Shown piece by piece: positions 1 through 11,901 of a stretch of 36,952 nucleotides of DNA. How positions within the stretch are numbered: position 1 is the stretch's first letter; every line of letters starts with the position of its first letter. The notes under the pieces were generated by a model, which saw only the letters and a list, made by a program, of their open reading frames with translations, had not been told where the DNA came from and made no database searches. The position numbers and the translations under genes are program-made. Origin of the DNA: Paraglomus brasilianum (lineage: Eukaryota); contig CAJVPI010000279.1 in assembly GCA_910592345.1 (NCBI GenBank), positions 1-36,952 of the forward strand. Reading direction: 5' to 3'.

Positions 1-315
1 CTCACCTGATTTCCGAGCTAATCGCTAGCCCGATGATCACATGCCCGCACATTTTTTTCGCCATCACTTTGTCAGTAGTGGATTTCCCTCCAATTGGCAT
101 CAGCACGTCCTTCAAATGCCCTTCCTCCCTCGACTGGCGGAACAAGAAAAAAAATTTTGTGACCACGCTTTTACTTTTACTTTCGCGCTAGCCGTTGACA
201 AGGTTGCGAGCAAATCTCACGCCTTGCTGGGATGCCAGTCTTTCTACGGAAAGCCCACACAAGAAAGGGTTTGGGTCAGTCAGAGATGACTGTAGTCTCC
301 TTCCTACGCACTTCT

Positions 316-568
316 CCTAAGCGCTTTCTGAAAAGCGTTATGTGTTGGCGACGGAGGGTGTCTGTTTCCGGTTTCCTCTTTGTTCTCCTTGATTTGAACC
401 TCGCCTTGTCGGCTGATCGAGGGAAAGGAGTCTACCTGCGTCTCATTTGCTGTTTGGGATGCCAGCCTTTCCTTTGGAAAGCCCAACTCAAGAAGGCTAT
501 GAGAGCCGCAGCCTCATCTATGCATTTCCCCTAAGCGCTTTCTGAAAAGCGTTATGTGTTGGCGACGG
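316..568. repeat. Direct repeat: identical 39-bp copies at 316-354 and 530-568, within a degenerate duplication of about 215-230 bp
   Basis: cctaagcgctttctgaaaagcgttatgtgttggcgacgg occurs twice. A second degenerate pair (tgggatgccag...ggaaagccca...caagaa) lies at about 228-265 and 456-494. Confidence 0.85.
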
Positions 569-859
569 GGGATGTTCGATCAGTTAGAACCCACGGGCGT
601 GAAAGTAGCAGAGGAGCTTTCTCGCTCAAATGGTTCGACAGATGGCGAATTAGTTTTTACTTGTATTGGCGATTCTGACTTGTATCCTTCCTGTGCAAAT
701 CTATAGGAATTTTCTTTTTTTTTTTCTAAGCTCTTTGCTTTCTACTTCTAGGCCAGGTCACACTATGCGATGGTATGAAAGGTGATATCCTGCTCTTCAT
801 CGACCAGGAGTTCTGCAATCAATGCATCCGGCACAAGATCTCACATAGCTACTTGCTGG

Positions 860-1379
860 ATTGGCCCAGTCGACATGAGCTGTTCGTTCCTAGCTGGTGA
901 GAAAAAACGTCTTTACCGGCTAGAATACGCTTCATACTTATTTCCCATCAGCCTAATTGTCTCTTTCGCCCCCTCCCCTAGTTGATCTCGAATGTATGAC
1001 TTCCCAATTGTATATGCTAGTTATACTTCGAAAAGTTAACCGGATATTCAAATTCAGAAATCATCAGCCGTATTGTCGATTCCTGCAAGCTCCTGGCAGA
1101 CGCGTTGCCTTAGGTTCAAGACGTAGGTATACGGACAATAACGCGTATATCATCTGAAGAGTCACATGGTGTCCGGTAAGGAGTGATAATCAATTACCGT
1201 AAGAGTGGACAGGTTTGTGGTCGTCATCATTAGATAATAGGTTTACGTGGTTAGACTTTAGTGGGTAATTAGTTTGTGTCTTGTTTCCTATTTTTTTTTA
1301 GCCTTTCATTAACTTGGTTACCATCATCCCGATTACTTGGGGCAACGATGATATCGCGTACTTTGTTGGGTTCCAAGTG
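860..1379 (+). pseudogene. wc-1: Frameshifted fragment of a White Collar-1-type LOV (blue-light sensing) domain, introns retained
   Basis: Exon pieces 860-896, 982-1212 and 1302-1379 with GT-AG introns 897-981 and 1213-1301, plus a donor at 1380. Across frameshifts it reads IGPVDMSCSFLA / RMYDFPIVYAS / FEKLTGYSNSEIISR / CRFLQAPGRRVALGSRRRYTDNNA / YHLKSHMVSGKE / INYRKSGQ / PFINLVTIIPITWGNDDIAYFVGFQV, which is the fungal WC-1 LOV signature. At least four small indels break the frame. Confidence 0.9.
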
Positions 1380-1521
1380 GTATGTGTATTTCTGAACAAC
1401 GCGTTATATGTTAGTCTACAGACTGTGTAGTAGTAGCATTTCTACGGAAACTATTACTGTGATATCTTATTGCGAGAAAGATGGAGTACTTATATGAACA
1501 TGAAGTCATTCTGTAGATAAT

Positions 1522-1786
1522 CGTGCATTCTTCCGACGAAAATTTCGGATATTTGTGTCGTACAAGAATAATTTCTATTTACGGTAACGATGCGACCACT
1601 ACCTTAATAAAATCCGCTCACATGATAATAATAGTAACACTAATACAAATTTATTCAATGGCATAAAAGCTTTAATACAAAGAGTTTTTTTTTCGAGGCC
1701 AGTCAGCGCCTTGCGTTTTATTTTGATGTTTTATTTTTGAATTGCTTATTATAAACATAACATTTGAAGAACCACTCGTTGAACTT
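1522..1786 (+). repeat. Dispersed repeat, copy A (inverted relative to 28609-29005)
   Basis: ttcgaggccagtcagcgccttgcgttttatttt and agaataatttctatttacggtaacgatg are reverse complements of sequence at about 28670-28705 and 28948-28975. Confidence 0.85.
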
Positions 1787-1935
1787 CAAAGATTATTTCA
1801 AACACATAAAACACATCTTGAACGTCTTTATTGTTCTTTACGGCAGTATAACAATCATACATATTGTGTGACAATCGAGAGACAACGTGCTATCAAACAA
1901 AGAATGTAGGTATTCGGATTAGTCGTACGACAAAA

Positions 1936-2113
1936 TACAAGTGGCTCTCGATATAAGAAAGTGATCGGGATCCAACAAATTCCTTTCTTATATCGAAAAT
2001 CTCTTATAACGAGAGTCATTTGTTATGAGATTTTAAATCGAGTCCAGCAAAAATACTTTCTTATATCGAAATTTTCTTATATCGAAGGGTTCTTATATCG
2101 AGAGCCACTTGTA
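1936..2113. mobile_element. Tc1/mariner-pogo-like MITE with TA target-site duplication
   Basis: Perfect 24-bp inverted ends including the TA: tacaagtggctctcgatataagaa (1936-1959) and ttcttatatcgagagccacttgta (2090-2113). The motif tcttatatcga recurs internally. Confidence 0.88.
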
Positions 2114-3606
2114 CTACAGTCAGAGAGATTTCCGGATTTGTCCATGCATATCATTCTTTTTATAGTAGCAAAAAAATTTTTAGAAATTTCTAGATTTATT
2201 ACAGAACATTCGAGAAAAAAAATCTGAAAGCATAATAATGCTTCAACTATTGTTCTTTATTAGTATTAATAATGCTTTCGGATAACATATTTCTAACATC
2301 CTGAAGAACGCTCATTAAATCATCGCGGGATTTACTTGATAAATCTCGAAAACGGGATCGTTCTAAATCACCTAAAAGGGGTATCAAAGAGTTAATAATG
2401 GATAAAAGTTGTGATTTTGTTAACGAACTTTCAGCTTTTTGATCATCTGCGAGACAAACGCCCCTTTACTTGAGAAACTAAGCAAACTAAACTGTTTAAT
2501 ATATTAAAATTAAATATAAAATAAAATAAAAATTATGTCAAATAAAAGTAATAATAATAATCGATATAATTACGATTATATTAAATGCAGTGGGTGTTCT
2601 AAACCAGGCGAGCCAAGATGAGGAGAAAATGGAGCCGTTCTTACTTACAAGGGTCGGAATGGCGCCTCGCGAGTAAAAGACTGAGTAGCAATTCGGAGCC
2701 CTGGCCCCGTCGGGAATATTTAACTGTCAATCGTTCACCCCTTTTTCAAGGCTTACCAGAGCGAGATTACGCCCGAGAACAAAAATTATCTTACTCAAAA
2801 TTCCTTCACGAACGATTGCCCAAATTATTATCTTTTTATCCTCTTCTTTATCTTCATCATCATCACTACTTGGAAATAACTGGGCAGGGATATAAACGGG
2901 GTCCGTGTTGTTAATACTGATCCGTTAGTTGAAAGATTAAATCGAAAAATGTTATAAGAGTGCTTTGGTTAATTTTGCCAGTATGGGGACAAGGTTGAGA
3001 TAGAGGAAAGAACCATCCTTTTGTTTCTTATGAAGCTACCAGGAAGTCCTTATCTACGATGTCATGTCGTCTTCCAAAATGGTCCTCATGCCCATGAGAG
3101 CAAATCATGATGCAGCACCCGTTGCGTAACTAATTACAAGATTTTCCAATGAACGATCCAGTATTAATCGCGTTTGTGCCAAGTAATGTAACACCAGAGC
3201 CAAAATATCGTCGTGACTTGATACAAGACAGCGTCCCACACGGCACTTAGCCATAGCATTTGACTTAATATTAAGCTAACCCCCTTATATGACGACGTAT
3301 TTGACGTTTTGCCGTTGTGGCGTAATCAATCATGCGTCACCAAACACAGCCTTCATGCATAAATGTACAGTATCTTTTTGCCACTCGACGTAATAAGCTT
3401 GGCACTATGTCATCAACACAGCCACATCTACAATAAATTTACTGCCCTTTCTCACGCTTAGTTGTACGCGAACGTTATATCGTTACAGCATAGTTATCAA
3501 AAGAATTTCGTTGTGATATTCTTCCGGGGCCTCTAAACTAGAACATTTGTAATTTATTCGCACGAGCCATCATTGACTTCTCTAAATTGTCAATAATCTG
3601 CTCTAA

Positions 3607-5454
3607 ATGACGTCCGTTTTTAAAAAAATCCAACAGGACATCGATGCCAAAATCCATAAGACCAAAGAATTTCTCTCTCATGAGAAAGAATGGCACAATC
3701 TTTCCGGCTCTGTACATCTAACTACCGAAAAAATCTTCCATCCGCGTACAGTCGACGACTGTAAGCGCGTTGTTCGCAAGGCAGCCAAACATTCCAAACA
3801 TATCCGTGTCGCTGCATCCGGTCATGCATTCTCTTCCCTCTGCAGTACTAAAGATTATCTCATCATCACTAACAACTTGACCAAAATCACCATCTCCGCA
3901 CATGAGAAACATGGTTACGTTGTCATCGCTGAGGCAGGAGCAAAGTTGGCGAACATTGAAAAGGCACTGAGTGAACATAATCCGCCACTGATGCTGAAAA
4001 CTGGAGGCCTGTTTAAAGAACAAACGATTGGTGGGGCTGTTAGTGTTGGCGCGACAGGAATGCAAGTAGGGAATGCAAGTATTTCGGATGAAGTGGTAGC
4101 ATTGAAGGTGGTTGCAGCGGATGAACAGGTAATTGAACTCACCGAAGAGAAAGATCCATTGGAGATGAATGCGGCTAGGTTGAGTTTAGGTAAGTCTTGA
4201 GCAAACGGTAGATTTTATGTAGAGGAATAATGTGTAGGAACTTGTCTAATCTATTACCCTTATTTACATGCATCTCACAAAAAAGGCTTGTTCGGCATAA
4301 TCCATACCGTGACACTTCGCACGCGTCCGCTTCAGCGGGCCCTTTTAATAGACTCTGTCCTTCCTCTTTCTACCACACTGACTGAGGCCAATATCTCTTC
4401 GCTTCTTTCCCATAAAGAAGCCTTGGAACTTGTCTACTTTCCATTTAATTCTTCGACCTTTACTGTTGCTGACGACGTTATCTGGGTTCGATCATTGGTA
4501 AAAACAGATGAAAATCCTTCCAATGAGAAGGCGGAAGATACATTGTGGGGAAACTACAACGTGAAGTTCAATGAACCGTTATTTAAGTATATTGTTAACA
4601 ATCCAAGCGCGACACCGCATTTAGTGAATTTGTTATTTAAAGCGGGAGTTAAAGAAAAGAAAATCGTGGTGTCTGGAGGAGAAGCGTACTCTTTGAACGG
4701 GGCAATAGATAAAGTGCAATATGTTGGTGTGGAGTTTGTGATAAAGCTTAGAAATGGGTACAAGCCTGTGGTTGATGCCTTAAATGAAGTCGTCAGTAAG
4801 GTAATGTCAACATGGTAGAAGTTATGAGACGCATGATGAGAGCGCCATATAGCTGAGAGATGCATTTAGCAGTGTCCGTTCTTTATACTAAATTTTCTAC
4901 TTCACTCGCTACTTTCTAGATCTACGAACGTGCTCAAAAGGATGAATTTCCCATCAATTTGCCAATTAAGATTCGTTTCGTCAAAGCATCCCAGGCATTA
5001 CTGTCACCATTATATGATAGTAACTCTTCAACTGTGTTTGCTATAATTGAGCTCATGTCTATTAGGGATACTAAAGGATATCAAGACTTTGTTGATTCTA
5101 TCAGCCAGACTTGGGCTAAGAAATATGAAACTCGGTAAGTAAAGTCAGCTTTGTGAACTAGGATCTATTGAAGTTCAGTGGCACATGCTATATTATTCTG
5201 ACAAGTGTTTCTGTAATCAGCACTCTTCCTTAACACTAATCGTTTCTTTTTTTCTCCCTATTAGTACCACTTGGTCGTCCTATTGGGAAAGAATTCCAGA
5301 GGTTTTCCCTCAGACGCGTACCAGTCTTGATGATAGACGTAATCAGTTCAATAAGATTAGAACAAAGTATGATCCGAATGGAATGTTCTTTGATAATGAG
5401 AGTTTGAAGAGAGTATTACTCGGTGCTGGTGACGATGCTGACCTTGATAAGTGA
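3607..5454 (+). CDS. FAD-linked oxidase of the D-arabinono-1,4-lactone oxidase / L-gulonolactone oxidase (VAO/PCMH) family, about 500 aa
   Basis: Exons 3607-4189, 4286-4800, 4920-5134 and 5265-5454 total 1503 nt in frame. Motifs: IFHPRT, IRVAASGHAFS, AEAGAKL, QTIGGAVSVG, RLSLGLFGII and C-terminal KYDPNGMFFDN. Confidence 0.88.
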
Positions 5455-6413
5455 TGGGAGATTGGGTATAAAAACTGGTAATCATTGGGATAATATACGA
5501 ACAAATTATTAAATATTAAATTATTAAAATTAACTGTATTTTAAATATTTAAGCTCCAGGCAGCCAACATGAAAAAAGTTTACATATTCAATAGCTTAAA
5601 GTTTATTTGGCCCCTTTTCACAGAAACTGCTTCAATACATTTCCACTCCATCATATTGCTGCGCTCAGAAATATTATTTGTCATACGTTTGTAACATAAT
5701 AAGGTCTAACTATTAGATGGCCAATTGTAAAACTCACTGATTAGGAATTATACACTTTAGGCGGTTTGATTAATAATTGCACTGATTGTCGTCTGTGTAC
5801 TAGAACTCGTCGTAAGCAAGCTGCAGTCGCAACGTCGTTACTTATATTCGATGCAGTTTATGCACGGTGGCGTAGAGCCTATATTCCATCGCGATTACTA
5901 CTTAGGACAGCATGATATATAAAGGCATGAAGTTTGTGTCGTGCCAACTATCACGGGAGAGCGATTGATAATCGGCACTTGGAATTTTCGAACGGAGCGT
6001 GGCTTCTTTCGCTATGTCGATGAGCGACACTAATCCTAAATAATACTGTGGGATTAATTTGATAGTCTATCGAATTGGGGTACAATGGAATTTCTCTAAA
6101 TCAAATGCGTTCCAATAACAATCAGAGTAATCAGAGTAAAAGAGCTACTCATTTAATAAGATAATAAAGGAATCACATATTATAAGCACTTGCGAACACA
6201 CTGAAACTAGCTGACTCTTTTATATCTTTCGAGCTACTAATTGATCTTAAACTACTGTCGCATTGCGATGTGCATTCTCTTCGTATCACCGCAGAAATCT
6301 AGGAGGAATACATCGGGTTGTGGTTTGATACGAACTCTGATGATTGTGAGAGTACAATGATAGGCATTGTCCTTAGACCTTCTGCCATGATGTCGCCACT
6401 ACACCTTTAGCGT

Positions 6414-7013
6414 TCAATCGTAGGTGTAAACAAATAAAGAACGCAAACCTCCATGATGTCGCCGCAAATGTTGGTCGCGGCATCCTTTAAAAGTTTTGGT
6501 CGAGTGATCAAATAATTCCTCGCCATCCCAATGGATAATATGGTGCAATATTCGTGTGAGTGGTATTAATCGGCCTTTGATTTGGAGGTGAATGAAAAGG
6601 TGCTGCTGAATAAGGGAGAGCCACCCCCAAAAACTCAATCTGAGGGTAATTTGTTTGGATAAGATTGATCTTATTTAGAGCATTGGAACGATCTGAGTTA
6701 CAATTAAAAAACCACCTGCAAGGTTCAAATAATTTGATAAGTAACACTCATATATTGTTTCCAACAAAACTTGATAGAATTACCTCTTCTTTGTAGGATT
6801 GTTGGCCTTTGAAACCATCCACTATACACACTGTGTTAATACTTGCCCAGAAAGTTGACTAGTTCGATATGGATTCATTCCTTGTCTCCACCGTCAAGCT
6901 GATACGAAAATCGGTGAGAATAATACAAGCTTGTGAGCCAGAATAAAACTTACTCTGATAAATAGGTCATCTCCAATTATTTCGGCATATATTTGGTGTG
7001 TATTGATCGACAT
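6414..7013 (-). pseudogene. Decayed paralogue of the Uma2-like nuclease gene at 23078-23915
   Basis: Same three-exon layout (7013-6954, 6898-6784, 6715-~6414). AEIIGDDLFIR matches AEIIGKDLIIK; GWFQRPTILQ matches IWFRTPTFAQ; FNCNSDRSNALNKINLI..IEFLGVALP matches YNSDPDRRNALSKISFI..VEYVGIAIP. In-frame stops, deletions and frameshifts are present. Confidence 0.8.
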
Positions 7014-8248
7014 TCTTTCATTCGTTCATTCCCATCGAAAAAGATAAATCCATTTCCACTCGGCCGCCACTCGTTTATCCCGTCTCTTCCCGCCACCTAT
7101 TCCGCTCGCACCATTTTCCTCTTCTCCCTGATAACTTCTTGATCAAGGCTTTTTTGCACTGTTATGCTTCCCTTTCCTTTATTCTTAAAAGTACTTCACG
7201 AATTTTGTATGTTTGCCTAGACTGCGTTATTACTGGAAACGACCAAAACAAAGCGAAAATAATTACCTGCTTGGACGAGTTAAAAGATTGACTTGAGTTG
7301 CAAACAGGAAGAAAATACTAAGGATTTATCAGCACCCACCCAATAAATGTTTTTACTACGCGCTCAGTGATTAGATACTGATGTGATATATACATGCAAG
7401 ATGCGCCATAATAGTCGTCATACCTGCAAATTGCTAGCAAAATCTCGCGGACTTAAAAATGGTTTCACGCGTCCATATATTTTTCGTTTTAGCTACGGAC
7501 TAATAAATCCATTAATTTACAGGAACAGGTTGGGTAATAGGACAATTTGCCTAATCCAATAAGATTACATCGAAAAAATTTATACAATTGCTCTACTTTC
7601 ATCACCACATGCCTCGCCCAAGTGATCGGAATTCTTCATGCGTAACAATTATACTTCGTGTCTAGATGGGTATATTCAATTCAGCCTGCCTTTTTTTTTT
7701 CAATAGTTTGCTTTAATACGATATTTTCCAGCATGCCTAACACACATACCATATACAGAAGCAGTTGGTGTACCACAATCTCCACAAGGAACGCGTGATC
7801 GCCTTTTCCAATAAAGAGCACAACCTTTTTACAATGTAAATAGTGGACAGCATACTAATCATGGTAATAAAGTTTTTTTGTCAATCAATAAAAATATCTT
7901 AATCAAGATTGCGAATTATCCTGCAAAGCAGGGCACTCCGTGCTGAGGAGATGAATCCCTATGGGGACTAGTAGAATCAAATCATTAAAGTCTTCATAAT
8001 ATACGATGGATAGCGGCAGAATTTACGGATACTGATAGCGATGGCTGTATGTACCGTATATTGCATGTTGCCGGTGATATAAAATATCCAGCGTCAAGCC
8101 ATTTTAGCAGACGATCCTCCTCCAAGAATGGAAGAATATATGGCTAACAGGCGTCCCAATTTATACATATGTGCGCGAATAGTCTGATCGGCCTGCGACA
8201 TGATTGATAAGACAGTAGTGGCACAGGTCAAAGTATCGACTTTCAACA

Positions 8249-9656
8249 ATGATAACTGCCAGGTTTCGACTTAATAATGATGTAGAAATGCCCGCCTTTG
8301 GTTGTAAGTACTTTGGTTGTTCATCCAAATATGTATTTGTACTCAAAACTATATGTTTAACTTATTGTAGTGGGCACCTATCGTATCAAAAAACCCGAAA
8401 TAGTCGATTCCGTAGTCCGACAAGCAGTCAAATGTGGCTATCGACTGATTGACTCGGCCGCTGTTTACAAAAATGAAGAAGCCGTAGGGAAGACGATAAG
8501 AAGCATAATTGAGGACACATCATCTGGACTCAAGCGGGAAGATTTCTTCATTACAAGTAAACTTGGTGGGTTTTTACGGTTGATGGATAGTATGCAGGTA
8601 ATTAAGTTTAGATGACGATGTTGATTATCTTACTGTTCTACAGCCCCAAGAGATCACGGATTTGAGGCCGCTTATAATGGTGATAATGCATATCATATGT
8701 TATCATTATATCTATAGAAAACTGATTAGTCATACAAATTCACACGACTAATAATCATCGATTCCCGTGTTAGCTTGTCTCACTTCGTTAGAAAAACTGG
8801 ATTTGGGTTATCTCGATCTCTTTCTTATCCACTGGCCAGGGTCAGTCGAGTTTCACACGATCTCTATGTTCTGGCTCGTTCTCAAAACACCAATCGCTTG
8901 TAAGAATTTACTAGTGAAACCTAATCGCAAAATCCCTTAAATTGCCGTACAAGCCCGTGACCAGAACGGGTCAGAACATACGTAATTCTTTAATGATTCT
9001 TTAATAATTGAAACCATTTATGCGTCTTTTCAATTTTCCAATAGGAGTCAAAAGCTTACGCAAGATGACCCTCGGAATGCAGTAAACAGACGGCAGAGTT
9101 ACAAAGCATTGGAAAAGCTTTACACAGAAGGCAAAGTCAGAGCAATAGGGATAAGCAATTACACTCTTGCTCATCTCGAAGATCTTTTAACTTATTCCTC
9201 CATCACACCACAAGTGCATCAATTCGAGGTCCATCCTCTGTTGTATCAGACGGAATTGATTGACTTTTGCAAACGGCACAACATTCTAGTTCAAGCCTAT
9301 TCTAGTCTTGGAGAAGGCAAGCTCGTAGATGGAAGCTATAATATTGAGGGAGTAAAAACCATGGCCCAGAGGCATGGAGTGAGTGAAGCCCAGGTGTACC
9401 TGCGTTGGGGATATCAGCATGGATTTGGTGTTATACCAAAGAGTACCAACCCTCAGAGGATACAGACAAACAGTGGGATATTTCATTTTGAGTTGGATGA
9501 TGAGGTGAGCAATGTTGATGTAAATTCCACATTTGAGATTTTCTTTTTTTACATTAACTGTTGATATTTTTTTTTAATGCTAATCAGGAAATGGCATATT
9601 TGAATAGTCAAACCGAAAGAAAAAGATTCTGTTGGAACCCAAGCTATATTGTATGA
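8249..9656 (+). CDS. Aldo-keto reductase, 293 aa
   Basis: Exons 8249-8303, 8371-8565, 8644-8679, 8774-8840, 9045-9504 and 9588-9656 total 882 nt. Motifs MPAFGLGTY, GYRLIDSAAVYKNE, FITSKL, LDLFLIHWP, GKVRAIGISNY, AYSSLG and VIPKS; catalytic D-Y-K-H tetrad intact. Confidence 0.95.
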
Positions 9657-9745
9657 ATGTCATGGTCATGTGACAAAATACGGTGTTACCAGATAAATGT
9701 GATCAACCTTTTTCAGTATAACGACTTTTTTAATCCTCACAGACA

Positions 9746-11035
9746 ATGTTTAAAGCATCATCTAAACGTATTGCTTTAACAATACAGAGACTTCCGCCAC
9801 TTACGCAGAGTGCGATAAACAATAAAACTTTATGCAATTTCAAGCTATCCACACCAAAAAGGGAGTTTTGGCTTCCACTTGTTAACAAAACTATTCCCAC
9901 ACACGTTCAGAAATCATCCTTTTCTGTCAAACGTTCGACATATCACTCACGCACACCACTTTCAACTAATCACTCTTTCCCAATTGGTCGTCTAAATCAA
10001 ACGTATACCAGTTTGATCATAGATGCGTCAAGAGAGACACGTAGGATATTAAAATATTTTGGCATCGGGCTAGTTACAATCGGTTTGCTAACTTTGATAA
10101 CATGGAGAGGCATACACTTATACATTGAACACTTCTATCACCCTACACCTTCGACTCTACCCAGATTAGCCAGGGATTGTCTCAGAGGAGCTTATGTCCG
10201 CGAGGAACTCTATCCTGATTCTCATTTGGCTGAACAGTACCTCCAACATGCTTTAAGAATAGCCATTCAAGAACAGCAACTTCCACCTGATCATCCAATT
10301 GTCCTAGACATAATATTACGTATGGCCAATAATTCTGCAATGATTGAAAATTACCATGATGCACTCACCAGATACGAATCCGTTTGGCAAATTCTAGTTG
10401 ATTCTGGGACAGAGGAGAACATGGATAAAGCCATCGAGGTTTCAAAGAAGATTTCGTGGGTGTATATGAATATGCAAGATTATAAAAAAGCTGAAAAATA
10501 TCTTAGATGGGCCATTGGGATTATGAGCCAAAAGGGCGATGGTGGTAATAGTGGCACAAATGCTGGAAGCGCTGCTCTGGCAGTAGTGAATACGAACTTT
10601 ATTGAACACATCCTATTATTAGCAGGCATCTATGCACAGCAAAAGCTTTATAACAAGGCGCTTGCTTTATATGTTGGCATTCTGAAACAACTGAAAGAAT
10701 CGAACTCAACTGATCAATCATTCATCTGCTATGAAGCAATAATAAGAGGACATATAGGTGAAATTCTCTACGGTCAGAACAAATTGGAAGATGCCATGGG
10801 TTGGTTGCAACAAGGTCTTTTACTAACCAAACAAGGATCGGGAATGCGTGCTTGTGACGAATGTGCTGGAGTTATTTTCAATAACCTTGGAATGATACAC
10901 GAATTAAAGGGGCAGATGGAAGATGCTAGAAAGTTTTATCAAAATGCTGTGGGATATGCCGAGAAAGCGGGAGATATTCGAGGTATTAACGAGTTTCAGA
11001 AAAGGCTGGATAACATTAACCATCACAAAAGTTAG
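9746..11035 (+). CDS. Single-exon TPR-containing protein with probable mitochondrial presequence and one TM helix (Mgr3/TTC19-like architecture), 429 aa
   Basis: Long ORF. Basic, Ser/Thr-rich, acid-poor N-terminus; hydrophobic YFGIGLVTIGLLTLITW; TPR-like helices (KKAEKYLRWAI, GVIFNNLGMIHELKGQMEDARKFYQNA). Confidence 0.8.
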   Translation: MFKASSKRIALTIQRLPPLTQSAINNKTLCNFKLSTPKREFWLPLVNKTIPTHVQKSSFSVKRSTYHSRTPLSTNHSFPIGRLNQTYTSLIIDASRETRRILKYFGIGLVTIGLLTLITWRGIHLYIEHFYHPTPSTLPRLARDCLRGAYVREELYPDSHLAEQYLQHALRIAIQEQQLPPDHPIVLDIILRMANNSAMIENYHDALTRYESVWQILVDSGTEENMDKAIEVSKKISWVYMNMQDYKKAEKYLRWAIGIMSQKGDGGNSGTNAGSAALAVVNTNFIEHILLLAGIYAQQKLYNKALALYVGILKQLKESNSTDQSFICYEAIIRGHIGEILYGQNKLEDAMGWLQQGLLLTKQGSGMRACDECAGVIFNNLGMIHELKGQMEDARKFYQNAVGYAEKAGDIRGINEFQKRLDNINHHKS

Positions 11036-11901
11036 GGTAAAAACGAACGATTACGTGATACAATGTTACCGGAACTATGGACCCGTCATTGTTTGATTTA
11101 GGGTTCTGGACTCTAACTCGTAGTGATGGACGACAAGTATAGCAGCTTGTTTTTCCACAAAATATTGAGAATCCGAGAACAATTTGACTAATAAAAAAAG
11201 CGATTCCAATGCATTCTGTGATAGTATGGGAGGAAAATTCTTTTTGTCCGAGCCCAACAGGTTTCATGACACTGTCATGTAAAACATTCCGTGTAACGTT
11301 ATTCTGTCAATGCACCAAATGACTACAAATGGGGTCACACGCGGAAGGAAAGTGTAAAAAGGGTAGAGAAGAATATGTACATAAAGTTGGCGTTGTTCTC
11401 TTTGAACATTCCAAACTCGTAATAACTTTCATATCAAGCACATACTCGAGACATCGTATTTGTAGTTGTATGTATTTTCGCTCGTGTTTTATCACCATAA
11501 ATTTCTCATGTACCAATTGCCTTTTGGAATTAATTTGTTATGAGAACATGCGACATCCAGTAACCACTCCAACTGCAATTTACAATCACATCAGCTAACC
11601 AAAGAGTAGCACAGTTTATAATTCTTCAAGTATATAAATTTGATAAGTCGTTCATGCTATTGTGCGCCCACTCGTACATATTGCGGTTATTGTTCAACTA
11701 CCTCCTTTAAGGGGGGTGGGGTTCTAATAATCCATATTCATATATTCTCCGAAATTTGCTTGGTATACACAACAAACGCTAACTACCGTCGTCACTATCT
11801 CACAGTCGTTCGCCTCACCTCCATCGTTATTCAATATTCCCCCCCCGCGTTCACATTACGCTTACTTGGAACTCGGCGACTGTTACTACTATAATATATA
11901 T

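Noticed and set aside
1961..2227. 88-aa ORF
   Set aside because: Starts inside the MITE and has no recognisable domain.
2618..2914. 98-aa ORF and surrounding coding-like sequence
   Set aside because: No recognisable motif or splice model; the opposite strand has many stops.
11016..11894. Several 60-90 aa ORFs between the two TPR genes
   Set aside because: Overlapping on both strands with no motifs; consistent with UTR or promoter DNA.
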